Origin: an uncultured Anaerolineales bacterium
Lineage (GTDB): Bacteria; Chloroflexota; Anaerolineae; Anaerolineales; UBA6663
Direction: 5' to 3'
NCBI GenBank assembly: GCA_964497615.1
Contig: CAZCEC010000023.1
Coordinates: 3,474 to 67,473, forward strand
Length of the DNA: 64,000 nucleotides
In this document: positions 36,213 to 47,658 of the stretch, in pieces
How positions within the stretch are numbered: the stretch's first letter is position 1
Layout of the letters: each line of letters starts with the position of its first letter
Notes under the pieces: model-generated
Told to the model about the DNA's origin: nothing
The model's input: only the letters and a program-made list of their open reading frames with translations
Databases searched by the model: none
Program-made: the position numbers and the translations under genes

Positions 36213-38288
36213 CTACTCGCCTGTCTCGTCGCCCTTGGCTTCACGCTTGTGAGCGGCGATGATGCCTTGCGCCAGGTGGGTGGGGACGACGTCGTAGCGC
36301 AAGAAGTCCATCGAGTAGACGCCGCGCCCGCCGGTGATGGAGCGCAGTTCGGTGGCGTAGCGCTGCACCTCGGCCTGGGGCACCTCGGCGGTGATGATGC
36401 TCTTGCCGGCGTCCTGGTCCATCCCCTGTACGCGAGCGCGCCGGGTGTTGAGGTCGCCGAGCACGTCGCCCATGTTGCTCTCAGGGACGACGACGCGCAG
36501 CGCCACAATCGGCTCCAGCAGCACAGGGTTGCCGGCCTCGAAGGCCTTCTTGAAGGCCTCGCGCCCGGCCACCTCGAAGGCGATGGGCTTGGAATCGACC
36601 GGGTGCTCCTTGCCGTCGGTGACGAAGACGTTGACGCCGACGACCGGGTAGCCAGCCACCACCCCCTGCTCCATGACGCTCTTGACGCCCTTCTCGATCG
36701 GGCCCAGGTAGCCGCGCGACAGGTTCATGCCCACCAGTTCATCCTCAAACGCATACTCTCCGTCAGGCGAGGGCTCGACGCGCATAGTCACCTCGCCGAA
36801 CTGCCCCGCGCCGCCGGTCTGCTTCTTGTGGCGGTGCATGGCCTCGGCCTTGCGGGTGATGCTCTCGCGATAAGGCACCTTGGGCGCCTCGACGTTCAGG
36901 CCGACGCTGAACTTGCTTTCGGCGCGCCGGACCGCCACATCAATGTGCTGGTCGCCCATGCCTTCGAGGATCGTTTGCTTGGTGGACGATTCCTGCCGCC
37001 AGTGCAGGGTGGGATCTTCTTCGCACAGGCGGGTGAGGGCCGGGCCCATCTTGGTGGAATCGGCCTGGGTGCGCGGGCTGACGGCCACGGCATAGGTGGC
37101 GGCCGGATACTTGGGGGCATCCATGATGAGCGGGTGGGTGCGGTCGCCGAGCGAGTCGCCGGTGGCGGTGACAGTCAATTTGGTGAGGGCGCCCAGGTCG
37201 CCGGCATGCAGGTTGCGGATGCCGATCTGCTCCTTGCCGCGCGGCAGATAGACGGTGCCGATGCGCTCCTCTGCGCTCCGGCTGTGATTCCAAATGCGGG
37301 TGTCAGACGACAGCACGCCCGAGTAAACCCGGACATAGGTGAGCTTGCCGACGAACGGGTCGGCGGTGGTCTTCCACACGTAGGCGCACAGCGGGCTCGT
37401 ATCCGAGATCGCCACGTCCTCGTCGCCCGCGGCGCCGTGGGCGTGCATGGGGGGTTCTTCGGTGGGCGCCGGGAAGTAGCGCACGATGCCGTCCAGGATC
37501 GGGTTGATACCCACGTCGGCCGTGGCCGAGGCGACGAAGACCGGGACAAAGGAGCCGGCCAGCACCGCTTGGTGAAAGCCGTGAATGACCTCCTGCGGGG
37601 TCAGCTCTTCGCCGCCCAGGTACTTCTCCAGCAGGGCATCGTCGCCCTCGGCGGCGGCCTCCACCAGGTTGACGCGCGCGGCCTCCGCGGCGGCGGCGTA
37701 GTCGGCGGGAATGGCCACTTGCTCGTCGCCCTTGCCGGGGCGGGCCATCATCGAGAGCAGGCCGATGACGCCCTTGAAATTGGCCTGTTCGCCCCACGGC
37801 AGTTGCACGGGGATGAGCTTGGCCTTAAACGCCGCCTGGACGCCTTCCAGGGTCTTCTGGAAGTTGGCGTTCTCCCGGTCCATCTTGTTGATGACGACGA
37901 AGCGCGGGAGCTTGCGGTCGTCGCAATACTGCCAGGTCAGCTCGGTGCCCACTTCCACGCCGGAAACGGCATCCACCACCACGATGGCGGCGTCGGCCAC
38001 GTGCAGGGCCGACTTGACCTCGCCCAAGAAGTCGGTGAAGCCGGGGGTGTCAATGAAATTGATCTTGTGGTCCTGATACTCGATGGGGATGACGGCGGTG
38101 GAGATGGAGATGCGGCGGCGTTTCTCTTCGTCTTCAAAATCGGCGGCAGCGGTGCCGTCCTCAACGCGGCCCAGTCGGGTGGTGACCCCGGTGTTGAACA
38201 GGAAGCCCTCGGTGAGCGAGGTTTTGCCGGAGCCACTGTGGCCAACGAGCGCGACATTGCGGATCAACTCGGTTCCGTACTCTTTCAT
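36213..38288 (-). CDS. elongation factor G family translational GTPase (EF-G paralogue)
   Basis: 691 aa. The G1 motif is GHSGSGKTS, G3 is DTPGFTDF and G4 is NKMD, followed by domains II-V. It is isolated and not in an str operon, so it is likely the EF-G2-type paralogue. Confidence 0.9.
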   Translation of the reverse strand: MKEYGTELIRNVALVGHSGSGKTSLTEGFLFNTGVTTRLGRVEDGTAAADFEDEEKRRRISISTAVIPIEYQDHKINFIDTPGFTDFLGEVKSALHVADAAIVVVDAVSGVEVGTELTWQYCDDRKLPRFVVINKMDRENANFQKTLEGVQAAFKAKLIPVQLPWGEQANFKGVIGLLSMMARPGKGDEQVAIPADYAAAAEAARVNLVEAAAEGDDALLEKYLGGEELTPQEVIHGFHQAVLAGSFVPVFVASATADVGINPILDGIVRYFPAPTEEPPMHAHGAAGDEDVAISDTSPLCAYVWKTTADPFVGKLTYVRVYSGVLSSDTRIWNHSRSAEERIGTVYLPRGKEQIGIRNLHAGDLGALTKLTVTATGDSLGDRTHPLIMDAPKYPAATYAVAVSPRTQADSTKMGPALTRLCEEDPTLHWRQESSTKQTILEGMGDQHIDVAVRRAESKFSVGLNVEAPKVPYRESITRKAEAMHRHKKQTGGAGQFGEVTMRVEPSPDGEYAFEDELVGMNLSRGYLGPIEKGVKSVMEQGVVAGYPVVGVNVFVTDGKEHPVDSKPIAFEVAGREAFKKAFEAGNPVLLEPIVALRVVVPESNMGDVLGDLNTRRARVQGMDQDAGKSIITAEVPQAEVQRYATELRSITGGRGVYSMDFLRYDVVPTHLAQGIIAAHKREAKGDETGE

Positions 38289-38460
38289 AGGGTGCGCTTT
38301 CTCCGTGGCTTATGCATCGTCAGTGGGGACGGGGATGGTAGCATGGGGGGGAAGGGTTGTCAATCATTGCACGGGCGCGCGTGGATGTCAGCGTGCGCAA
38401 GTGGAATGTGCGTATGTGGGTAGGGCGGGGATATAATGGACAAGATTTGGGAGGATTGAC

Positions 38461-38949
38461 ATGACACCAGCCATTCATCCGCAAACGGGGATTGGGCACG
38501 TGCACCTGAAGGTGGCCGACTTGGAGCGGGCCGTCCAGTTCTATACCGAGGTGCTGGGGTTCGAGGTGATGCAGCGTTGGGGCGGCAGCGCCGCGTTCCT
38601 GTCGGCGGGCGGCTATCACCACCACATTGGGCTGAACACCTGGGAGAGCCGCGGCGGGGACGCGCCCGCGCCGGGGACGACCGGGCTGTATCACTTCGCC
38701 ATCTTATTGCCCAGCCGGCGCGAGTTGGCGCAGGCGCTGAAGCGCCTGGGCGAGCACGGCTGGCCGCTGGATGGCGCCGCCGATCACGGGGTGAGCGAGG
38801 CCGTCTATCTACGCGACCCGGACGGCAACGGCATCGAGCTGTACCGCGACCGGCCGCCGGAGCAGTGGCCGCGCACGCCCGAGGGCGAATTGCGGATGGT
38901 GAACGACGCGCTGGATTTTGAAGGGATTATGAGCGAGTTGGCGGAATGA
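38461..38949 (+). CDS. VOC family protein (glyoxalase/extradiol dioxygenase-like)
   Basis: 162 aa. The sequence is GIGHVHLKVADLERAVQFYTEVLGFEV...HHHIGLNTWES...YHFAILL...GIELY. A TATAAT-like box at about 38433 is upstream. It is the first gene of an 8-gene translationally coupled operon. Confidence 0.8.
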   Translation: MTPAIHPQTGIGHVHLKVADLERAVQFYTEVLGFEVMQRWGGSAAFLSAGGYHHHIGLNTWESRGGDAPAPGTTGLYHFAILLPSRRELAQALKRLGEHGWPLDGAADHGVSEAVYLRDPDGNGIELYRDRPPEQWPRTPEGELRMVNDALDFEGIMSELAE

Positions 38950-39587
38950 TTGAGCAGACTGATCCACACGCAGGGATGCCGGTGCTGACGGCGGGGGCGC
39001 GGCCGGAGGCGGCGCAGGGCGCGATGGTGCTGGTGCATGGGCGCGGGGCCTCGGCCGAGGACATCCTGGCCCTGGCGCGCGAGTTCCGGCGCGACGACTT
39101 CGCCTATTGGGCGCCGCAGGCAGCCGGGAACACCTGGTATCCCAACCGGTTTATGGAGCCGCTGGAGACCAATGAGCCCTGGCTGACGGCCGCCCTGGCG
39201 AAGGTGGGGGCGGTGCTGGCGGAGGTCGGCGCGGCGGGCATCCCGCCGGAGCGGACGGTGCTGCTGGGATTCTCGCAGGGGGCCTGCCTGGCGCTGGAGT
39301 ATGCGGCGCGCCACGCACGGCGCTACGGCGCCCTGGTGGGGCTGAGCGGTGGGCTGATCGGCCCGGATGGGACGCCGCGCGACTACGCCGGGTCGCTGGC
39401 GGGCACGCCGGTCTTCCTGGGGTGCAGCGATGTGGACCCGCACATCCCTAAGGAGCGGGTGGCGCACAGCGCGGCGGTCCTGGAGGGTCTGGGGGGCGCG
39501 GTGACCATGCGGCTGTACCGCAACTTATTACACACCGTGAACGGGGATGAGGTGCGGTTTGTGCAGGGGCTGTTGGAGCAGCTATGA
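38946..39587 (+). CDS. phospholipase/carboxylesterase family alpha/beta hydrolase
   Basis: 213 aa. The nucleophile elbow is GFSQGA, with downstream Asp/His. There is a 4-nt ATGA overlap with the VOC gene. Confidence 0.75.
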   Translation: MIEQTDPHAGMPVLTAGARPEAAQGAMVLVHGRGASAEDILALAREFRRDDFAYWAPQAAGNTWYPNRFMEPLETNEPWLTAALAKVGAVLAEVGAAGIPPERTVLLGFSQGACLALEYAARHARRYGALVGLSGGLIGPDGTPRDYAGSLAGTPVFLGCSDVDPHIPKERVAHSAAVLEGLGGAVTMRLYRNLLHTVNGDEVRFVQGLLEQL

Positions 39588-40099
39588 AGAGCCTGATCCG
39601 GCTGTTCTCATACAACTCATATGTGTGGGTGGCGCTGGCGGTGGGCGCGGTCCTGGCGCCGGCGCTGGCAGCCGGCGGGCTGACGCCGCTGGAGTGGGCG
39701 GGACTGGCCGTGTACGCGGTGGCGGCCTATGTGGGCTATCAAGTATGGAAGACGCCCCGCCAGCAGTTGGCGCAGTTCGATGCGCTGGCGGCCTTCGACG
39801 AGGTACTGCGCGGCCCCCGCCCCACCCTGGTGGAGTTCTATTCCGACAACTGCGGCGTGTGCATGACCATGCGCCCAGTGATGGACCGGCTGGAGCAGGA
39901 TGCCCAGCACCGATTGCAGGTGCTGCGGGTGGATGTGAAGGAGCCGGTGGGGGCACAATTGGCCGACCGGTATGCGGTGACGTTCACGCCAACATTCATG
40001 CTGTTCAACTCGAACGGGTCGAAGGAAGAGGAGTACACCCTGGTGCTGGACCGGGCGCGGGTGTTGTATTGGCTGGATCAGCAGACGATATCGCCGTAG
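39584..40099 (+). CDS. membrane-anchored thioredoxin-family protein (CGVC active site)
   Basis: 171 aa. Two N-terminal TM helices are followed by a thioredoxin fold, LVEFYSDNCGVCMTMRPV. There is an ATGA overlap upstream. Confidence 0.75.
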   Translation: MKSLIRLFSYNSYVWVALAVGAVLAPALAAGGLTPLEWAGLAVYAVAAYVGYQVWKTPRQQLAQFDALAAFDEVLRGPRPTLVEFYSDNCGVCMTMRPVMDRLEQDAQHRLQVLRVDVKEPVGAQLADRYAVTFTPTFMLFNSNGSKEEEYTLVLDRARVLYWLDQQTISP

Positions 40100-40109
40100 G
40101 GCGCGAGCC

Positions 40110-40715
40110 GTGGTGCGCGGTCCGTTCACCGGCGTGCGGCAGTGGTGGGCGTTCTACCGGCGCTATTGGGGCCGGCCGCCGTGGGATTCGGGGGTGCCGG
40201 CGCCGGAACTGGTGCGGGTGGTTGCGGGGCGGGCGCCGGGCCGCGCCATTGACCTGGGGTGCGGCACCGGGACGAACGTGCTGTACCTGGCCGAGCAGGG
40301 CTGGCAGGTGACGGGGGTGGACTTTGTGGGGCGGGCCATCGCGCAGGCGCGGCGCAAGCTGAAGGGGCGCGACGCGCAATTGCTCGTGGGCGATGTGACC
40401 CGCCTGGAGCGGCTGCCCCTGCGCGGGCCGTACGACCTGGCACTGGACATGGGCTGCTTTCATTCCCTGCCAGAGGCGGGGCGCGAGCGGTACGCGGCCG
40501 GGCTGGCGCGGGTGTTAGTGCCGGGGGCAGTGTACTTGCTGTATGCGTTTCAGCCGGCGGAGGGGAGCCAGGCCGGGCTGACGCGGGCCGAGGTGGAGGC
40601 GGCGTTCGCGCCGCATCTGCGGCCGGCAGGTTATGAGCAGGGCGCGGGTCGGCCAAGCGCGTGGTACTACTTTGAGAAGGATGAAGGACGAAGTATGAAG
40701 GATGAAGTCGCTTGA
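40110..40715 (+). CDS. class I SAM-dependent methyltransferase
   Basis: 201 aa with a GTG start. Motif I is AIDLGCGTGTN and motif II is VTGVDF. Confidence 0.8.
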   Translation: MVRGPFTGVRQWWAFYRRYWGRPPWDSGVPAPELVRVVAGRAPGRAIDLGCGTGTNVLYLAEQGWQVTGVDFVGRAIAQARRKLKGRDAQLLVGDVTRLERLPLRGPYDLALDMGCFHSLPEAGRERYAAGLARVLVPGAVYLLYAFQPAEGSQAGLTRAEVEAAFAPHLRPAGYEQGAGRPSAWYYFEKDEGRSMKDEVA

Positions 40716-41662
40716 GCCGGCGGGTGTTGTTTATCTTTCTGGATGGGATTGGGTTGGGGGAGGACACAGCGGCGCATAACCCATTTGCGACGGCGGACCT
40801 GCCGGCGCTGCACGGACTGCTGGGCGGCCAGCGGCTGCTGGGGAGCACGCCCGCCGGGGACTATGGGCGGGCGCTTTTCATCCCCACCGATGCGCGGCTG
40901 GGCGTGGACGGACCGCCCCAGTCCGCCACCGGGCAGGCGGCGATTGTGACCGGGCGCAATGTGTCGCGCGAGATCGGCGGGCATTGGGGGCCAAAGCCCA
41001 ACGCGGCCGTGGCGACCATCATCCGCCAGGGCACCACGTTCAGCCGGGTGAGGGCGGCGGGCAAGGCGGCGGCGCTGATGAACGCCTATCCCCAGCGATA
41101 CTTCGACTCGGTGGCCTCCGGCCGGCGCAGTTACTCCGCCATCCCCCTGGCGGTGACGGCGGCGGGCATCTCCCTCTTCAACACTGACGACCTGCGCGCC
41201 GGGCGGGCGATGAGCGCGGACTTCACGGGCGAGGGCTGGCCGGATGGCGCACCCGAGGCGCTGACTCCGCGCGCCGCGGGCCGCCGGCTGGCCGAGATCG
41301 CCGATGAGCATGCCTTTTCATTCTTTGAACACTGGATCACGGATTACGTCGGGCATTGGGCCGACATGAGCGAGGCCCAGAAAGTGCTGAGCCGGTTCGA
41401 TGGCGTGCTGGACGGGCTGCTGGAGGCCTGGGACGACGAGGCCGGCCTGATCGTCATCTCCTCCGACCACGGCAACATGGAGGCGCTGGACCACAGCCAT
41501 CACACGCTCAACCCGGTGCCGACCATCGTGGTGGGCGCGCAGCGGCAAGCATTCGATGGGCTGCGGGACCTAACCGGGTTGGCCTGGGCGATTGAGCGCT
41601 ACCTGGGCGTCGACGGGCGGCCGGCGGATGGCGGGACGGCAGACACACCCCCGAAAGGATGA
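40712..41662 (+). CDS. metalloenzyme-domain protein of the alkaline-phosphatase superfamily (cofactor-independent phosphoglycerate mutase / phosphopentomutase-like)
   Basis: 316 aa with a TTG start overlapping the upstream stop (TTGA). It has [10 protein letters not shown] near the N-terminus and SSDHGN near the C-terminus. Confidence 0.6.
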   Translation: MSRRVLFIFLDGIGLGEDTAAHNPFATADLPALHGLLGGQRLLGSTPAGDYGRALFIPTDARLGVDGPPQSATGQAAIVTGRNVSREIGGHWGPKPNAAVATIIRQGTTFSRVRAAGKAAALMNAYPQRYFDSVASGRRSYSAIPLAVTAAGISLFNTDDLRAGRAMSADFTGEGWPDGAPEALTPRAAGRRLAEIADEHAFSFFEHWITDYVGHWADMSEAQKVLSRFDGVLDGLLEAWDDEAGLIVISSDHGNMEALDHSHHTLNPVPTIVVGAQRQAFDGLRDLTGLAWAIERYLGVDGRPADGGTADTPPKG

Positions 41663-42258
41663 GGCAGGTGACGACGGACGACGAGAGCCGCGCCCAGCCC
41701 GCGGCCAGTGCGGCGGGTCAGGCTGGCGTGACGATTGACCCGGAACTGCTGCGCGGGGTGATGCGGCATTGGGCCACCGGCGTGGCGATCCTGTCGGCGC
41801 GCCATGCGGGCGTGGCGCACGGGATGACGGTGAACTCGTTCTGTTCGGTGTCGCTGGACCCGCCGCTGGTGCTGGTGAGCCTGGAGCAGGCGGTCCGCAC
41901 CCACGCGCTGGTGGAGCGGTCGGGCGTGTTCGCCGTGTCGTTTCTGCGGGCGGAGCAGGCGTGGATCTCGGACCGGTTTGCGGGGCGCGAAACGGAGAAT
42001 TCGGACCGGTTTGAGGGCCTGCCCACCTTCACCGCCGCAACCGGCGCGCCGATCCTGGCCGACAACATTGGCTATCTGGATTGCCGCGTCACGGCCGCTT
42101 ACCCGGCGGCCAGTCACACCCTCTTCGTCGCGGCGGTGGCGGCGGCCGGGCCGGGCACGGCCGGGCTGGTGCTGGGCGACGAGGGGGCCGGCGCGGATGG
42201 CGGCCCGCCCGCGAAGCCGCTCTTGTATTTCAACCGGGATTATCGGAAGATGGGGTAG
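41659..42258 (+). CDS. flavin reductase family protein (FMN-binding split barrel)
   Basis: 199 aa. The sequence is LRGVMRHWATGVAILSA...GMTVNSFCSVSLDPPLVLVSL. There is an ATGA overlap upstream. Confidence 0.8.
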   Translation: MRQVTTDDESRAQPAASAAGQAGVTIDPELLRGVMRHWATGVAILSARHAGVAHGMTVNSFCSVSLDPPLVLVSLEQAVRTHALVERSGVFAVSFLRAEQAWISDRFAGRETENSDRFEGLPTFTAATGAPILADNIGYLDCRVTAAYPAASHTLFVAAVAAAGPGTAGLVLGDEGAGADGGPPAKPLLYFNRDYRKMG

Positions 42259-42274
42259 TGCACGGAGGGGGCGG

Positions 42275-42316
42275 CAGATTCCTGGGCCGCCAAGGGCGCG
42301 GCCTCGGAATGACATG
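42275..42316 (-). repeat. REP/MITE-like dispersed hairpin repeat, copy f (reverse orientation)
   Basis: The reverse complement reads CATGTCATTCCGAGGCcgcgcccttggcgGCCCAGGAATCTG. It lies between the flavin reductase and AMMECR1 genes and overlaps the AMMECR1 RBS region. Confidence 0.65.
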
Positions 42317-42346
42317 GCAGGCGCGAGGGACAAGCGGGAGGCGAGG

Positions 42347-42970
42347 ATGAACGACACCCTCTCGATGGACGACAAGCGCTGGTTATTGCGGCTGGCGCGG
42401 GAAGCGTTGGAAGCGGCGGTGCGCGGTGACGATCCGCCGCCGGTGGACCGGAGCGCGCTGCCGGCGGCCCTGACGTGGCGGGCAAGCTGCTTTGTGACCC
42501 TGACAATTGGCGGGCGGCTGCGGGGCTGCATCGGCGGGCTGGCCGCAGAGCGCCCGCTGTATGAAGATGTGCAGCTCCGGGCCGCACAATCGGGCCTGCG
42601 CGACTATCGCTTTTCACCGGTGAGACCTGACGAGTTGGCCGGCATCGAGATCGAAGTCTCAGTGTTGACCACACCCTTGCCGCTGGCGTACACCTCGCCG
42701 GACGATCTGGCGGCGCAACTGCGGCCGGGCGTGGACGGGGTGGTGCTCCAGCAGGGCGGGCGCAAGGCCACGTTTCTCCCGCAGGTGTGGGAGCACGCGC
42801 CTGAGCCCGAGCGCTTCTTGGGGATGCTGTGCGAGAAGCTGGGGCTGCCGGCCGACGCCTGGCGCAAGCTGCCGCTGGAGGCGCTGACCTATCAGGTCAT
42901 CCTCATGACCGAAGCCGAGTTCGACCTGTCGCCCACGCGTGACGACCCTCCTTTCAGCCCAGCGCGCTAA
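42347..42970 (+). CDS. AMMECR1 domain protein
   Basis: The start is at the internal ATG with a GGGAGGCGAGG RBS. The first 123 aa of the ORF-track ORF are Arg-rich junk overlapping the previous gene. The sequence is SCFVTLTIGGRLRGCIGG...VLQQGGRKATFLPQVWE. Confidence 0.8.
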   Translation: MNDTLSMDDKRWLLRLAREALEAAVRGDDPPPVDRSALPAALTWRASCFVTLTIGGRLRGCIGGLAAERPLYEDVQLRAAQSGLRDYRFSPVRPDELAGIEIEVSVLTTPLPLAYTSPDDLAAQLRPGVDGVVLQQGGRKATFLPQVWEHAPEPERFLGMLCEKLGLPADAWRKLPLEALTYQVILMTEAEFDLSPTRDDPPFSPAR

Positions 42971-44081
42971 GGCGCAGGCCCAGGCCCTGGGCTTCAACCT
43001 GGCCGGCATTACGCGGGCCGCGCCCTCGCCTCACCTGCAAGCCTATCTCGATTGGGTGGCCGCCGGCCAGCACGGCACGATGGCCTACATGGCCCGGCCC
43101 GACCGGCAGGCGCGGCGCGCGGACCTGAACGTCATCCTGCCGGGGGTGCGGTCGCTGCTGATCGCGGGGCTGGATTATCACAGCCTGCGGCTGCCCCCCG
43201 CCCTGCTCAACGATCCATCCCGCGGGCGCATCGCGGCCTATGCCTGGGGCCAGGACTATCACGACCTGATGCTGCCGCGCCTGCGGGCGCTGGCTGATTG
43301 GCTGCAGGCAGAAAGCGGCGCGGGCGCCCACAGCCGGGCCTATGTGGATACAGGCGCGGTGCTGGAGCGCAGCCACGCGCAGCAGGCCGGGCTGGGCTTC
43401 ACGGGCAAGAACACGATGCTCATCCACCGGCGGCGGGGCAGCGACTTCTTCCTGGGGGAAGTGCTGACCACGGCGGAGTTCGACCTCTACGACGCGCCTG
43501 AGCGCGCCAGCCTGTGCGGGTCCTGCACGCGCTGCCTGGCAGCCTGCCCCACCGATGCCTTTCCGAAGCCGTACGTACTGGATGCGCGGCGGTGCATCAG
43601 CTATCTGACCATTGAGCACGCGGGCTGGATCGACCGGGCGCTGCGGCCCAAGCTGGGCAACTGGGTATTTGGGTGCGATCTGTGCCAGGAGGTGTGCCCG
43701 TGGCAGCGCTTCGCCGTCAAATCGCTGGAGAGCGAGTTCTACCCCGCCAGCCCGGAGCGCGCCGCGCCCCCGCTGAGGGACCTGCTGGAGTTGAGCGAGG
43801 CAGGATTTCAGGCGCGGTTCGGCGGCTCGGCGGTGGAGCGCGCAGGGCGGGCGCAGTTGGTGCGGAATGCCTGCCTCGCGGCGGCCAACGGAGGGCAGGC
43901 CCAGTTGAGCCCTCTGCTGGAGCGGCTGCTGGGCGACGCCGACGCGGTGGTGCGCGGCCATGCGGCCTGGGCGCTGGGGCGGCTGGGAGGCGCGGGGACC
44001 AGGGCGGCGCTGGAGGCGGCGCTGGCGCGGGAATCAGACGCCGAGGCAGCGGAGGAACTGCGGCTGGCGCTGGCGGGGTAG
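42939..44081 (+). CDS. queG: tRNA epoxyqueuosine(34) reductase QueG
   Basis: 380 aa. There are two 4Fe-4S ferredoxin motifs, CGSCTRCLAACPTDA and GCDLCQEVCPW. There is a C-terminal HEAT-repeat region (VRGHAAWALGRLG). The start overlaps the AMMECR1 3' end, and an internal Met (MAYMARPD) is an alternative. Confidence 0.85.
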   Translation: MTTLLSAQRAKAQAQALGFNLAGITRAAPSPHLQAYLDWVAAGQHGTMAYMARPDRQARRADLNVILPGVRSLLIAGLDYHSLRLPPALLNDPSRGRIAAYAWGQDYHDLMLPRLRALADWLQAESGAGAHSRAYVDTGAVLERSHAQQAGLGFTGKNTMLIHRRRGSDFFLGEVLTTAEFDLYDAPERASLCGSCTRCLAACPTDAFPKPYVLDARRCISYLTIEHAGWIDRALRPKLGNWVFGCDLCQEVCPWQRFAVKSLESEFYPASPERAAPPLRDLLELSEAGFQARFGGSAVERAGRAQLVRNACLAAANGGQAQLSPLLERLLGDADAVVRGHAAWALGRLGGAGTRAALEAALARESDAEAAEELRLALAG

Positions 44082-44140
44082 CTCACTTGGCGCAAAGGCC
44101 CACTTTGCCGTACACTTATTGTGGACTGAAACGGTAGAGG

Positions 44141-44557
44141 ATGGACGCAATGGCCGTGCAAATCGCGCTGATCGTGGTTGTGGTGGTGCTGGCGGTGGTG
44201 GTGGGCGCCTATGCGTTGGGGGTGTACCTGCGCCGCCGGCAGGATGACCGCCCGCTGGAGGGCGCACTGCTGCCGGGCCGCCGGGTGGTGGTGGCCGAGG
44301 CCACGCCGGACCGCGAAGTGAACGTGGTGGTGAACTGGCTGCTGAGCCAGGCGTTCGAGCAGACCGGCATCCGCGTGGCCGACGACCGGCTGGCCTATGA
44401 CCGGATCGTGACGGCGGCGCAGAAGGCCGTCGAGCAGTTGAAAAAGGAACCGGCGGCCGATATCTCGCTGCCGTTCCTGACGGCGGATGCCAGCGGCCCC
44501 AAGCACCTGGAGGCCCGCCTGACGCGGGAGATGATCCAGGAGCTAGTCAAGTATTGA
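44141..44557 (+). CDS. hypothetical protein with N-terminal TM anchor
   Basis: 138 aa with a hydrophobic N-terminus, IALIVVVVVLAVVVGAYALGV. No recognisable domain was found. Confidence 0.45.
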   Translation: MDAMAVQIALIVVVVVLAVVVGAYALGVYLRRRQDDRPLEGALLPGRRVVVAEATPDREVNVVVNWLLSQAFEQTGIRVADDRLAYDRIVTAAQKAVEQLKKEPAADISLPFLTADASGPKHLEARLTREMIQELVKY

Positions 44558-44589
44558 CTCCTGGGCGCAACATGTGATATACCTTCTCC

Positions 44590-44945
44590 CAACCACATAA
44601 CTGAAAGACGCTGAAGAGGACGAGTACGCTTCAGAGCGGCGGTCAGAGAGCCAGGCGGCGGGTGGTGCGAGCCTGGTCCGGGCGCGGAAGCGGAATGGAC
44701 CTCGGAGTTGCAGGGGCAAACGGCCAGCAGTGGCCCAGTAGCCCGCGCCGGAGCCGCCACCGTTACCAGGGCGGAGGGTATTAATCGGTTCCGCCCACGC
44801 GGCCCAATCCGAGCGTACCCGCAAGAGTGAGGCTGGCCCTTTCCGAAACCTGTCGCAATCACCGGCAGGTTTTTTTGTTGGGGCAGGTCTCGAAACTGGG
44901 TGGCACCACGAGAGTCCCCTCTCGTCCCTGCGGACGGAGGGGATT
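44590..44945 (+). ncRNA. T-box riboswitch leader (tryptophan specifier) upstream of trpS-trpEGDCFBA
   Basis: The conserved T-box sequence AAACUGGGUGGCACCACGAG is at about 44895-44914. It is followed by a terminator hairpin GTCCCCTCTCGTCC...GGACGGAGGGGATTTTGCTTT. Upstream stem I-like elements are present (AGAGA, GGAAUGGAC with a UGG codon in a candidate specifier loop). A candidate promoter is TTGACT (44554-59), 16 nt, GATATA (44576-81). Confidence 0.6.
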
Positions 44946-44967
44946 TTGCTTTAAGCGAGGAACGAAC

Positions 44968-46062
44968 ATGGGAACCGCAATCGAGACAACAGCAGCAGCG
45001 GACCAGGCGCCCAGCGCGGCGGCGCGCCCGCGTCTGCTGACGGGCGACCGCCCCACCGGGCGGCTGCACCTGGGCCACTACGTGGGCAGCCTGGCTAACC
45101 GGCTCAAGCTCCAGCACGAGTGCGAGGCGTTCTTCATCATCGCCGACCTGCACACCCTGACGACCCGGCCCGAGCGCGAGCATATCCTGAACATCCCCAC
45201 CTTCGTGCGGGAGATCGTGATTGACTACCTGGCGGTGGGCATCGACCCGGAGGCGGCCACGATCTTTGTGCAGTCGGCCATCCCGGAAACGTACGAGCTG
45301 AACCTGATCCTGGAGATGCTGGTGACGGTACCGCGGCTGGAACGCCTGCCGTCGCTCAAGGACATGGCCCGCGACGCGCACCTGGACACCATGCCCTTTG
45401 GCCTGCTGGGCTACCCGGTGCTCCAGGCGGTGGATATCCTCCTGCCGCGCGCCACCCTGGTGCCGGTGGGGCGCGACAACCAGGCGCACGTGGAGCTGAC
45501 GCGCGAGATCGCGCGCCGCTTCAACCTGCTGTATGGGCCGGTGTTTCCGGAGCCGGAAGTGCTGGTGGGCGACGTGCCCACCCTGCCGGGCACCGACGGC
45601 ACAGCCAAGATGAGCAAGTCGGCGGGCAACGCCATCTTCCTGTCCGATGATGCCGAGACGGTGACGGCCAAGGTGAAGGGCATGTACACCGATCCCAAGC
45701 GCCTGCGCGCCACCGACCCCGGCACGGTGGAGGGCAACCCGGTCTTCACCTTCCACGACGCCTTCAACCCCGACCAGGCGGAAGTGTCTGAGTTGAAGGA
45801 GCGCTACCGCGCCGGCACGGTGGGCGACGTAGAGGTGAAGGACCGGCTGGCGCGGGCGCTCAACGCCTTCCTGGAACCGATCCGGGAGCGCCGCGCGCAT
45901 TTCGTGGCCCACCCCCTGCTGGTGCAGGACGTGCTGGCACAGGGCATCCGCCGGATGCAGGCCGAGGCGCGCGAGACCATGCGGCTGGCGCGCGAAGCCA
46001 GCGGTCTGCGCTATTCGGCGGATCTATATGCGGACACGATTGACTTGTTCGGGACGGAATGA
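44968..46062 (+). CDS. trpS: tryptophan--tRNA ligase
   Basis: The start is at the internal ATG (GAGG RBS). The upstream part of the ORF-track ORF is the T-box leader. The HIGH motif is [11 protein letters not shown] and the KMSKS motif is KMSKS (exact). Confidence 0.95.
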   Translation: MGTAIETTAAADQAPSAAARPRLLTGDRPTGRLHLGHYVGSLANRLKLQHECEAFFIIADLHTLTTRPEREHILNIPTFVREIVIDYLAVGIDPEAATIFVQSAIPETYELNLILEMLVTVPRLERLPSLKDMARDAHLDTMPFGLLGYPVLQAVDILLPRATLVPVGRDNQAHVELTREIARRFNLLYGPVFPEPEVLVGDVPTLPGTDGTAKMSKSAGNAIFLSDDAETVTAKVKGMYTDPKRLRATDPGTVEGNPVFTFHDAFNPDQAEVSELKERYRAGTVGDVEVKDRLARALNAFLEPIRERRAHFVAHPLLVQDVLAQGIRRMQAEARETMRLAREASGLRYSADLYADTIDLFGTE

Positions 46063-46109
46063 CGGGCGTACGTCATCACGGAACGCATTGTAGAGATTGG
46101 AGCTGAGGC

Positions 46110-47576
<1,467 letters not shown>

Positions 47577-47577
47577 A

Positions 47578-47651
47578 TGTCAGAGGTCGGAGGTCAGAGG
47601 TCAGAACGTTGATCTCGATCTCCGACGTCTGACTTCCGACCTCCGACTTCG
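47578..47651 (+). repeat. long imperfect inverted repeat in the trpE-trpG intergenic region
   Basis: The left arm GAGGTCGGAGGTCAGAGGTCAGA (47583-47605) matches the right arm TCTGACTTCCGACCTCCGACTTC (47628-47650) at 20 of 23 positions. The arms are built from GAGGTCR hexamer repeats. The spacer contains the GATCTCGATC palindrome. Confidence 0.6.
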
Positions 47652-47658
47652 AAAGATC

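Noticed and set aside
34726-38423. Long antisense ORFs over dnaI-like (34726-36078, minus) and over EF-G (36195-38423, plus)
   Set aside because: Both have high-GC artefact composition. The opposite strands encode proteins with textbook AAA+ and GTPase motifs.
44395-45912. 505-aa minus-strand ORF spanning the T-box leader and trpS
   Set aside because: It lies antisense to trpS, which has HIGH/KMSKS motifs, and has no recognisable domain.
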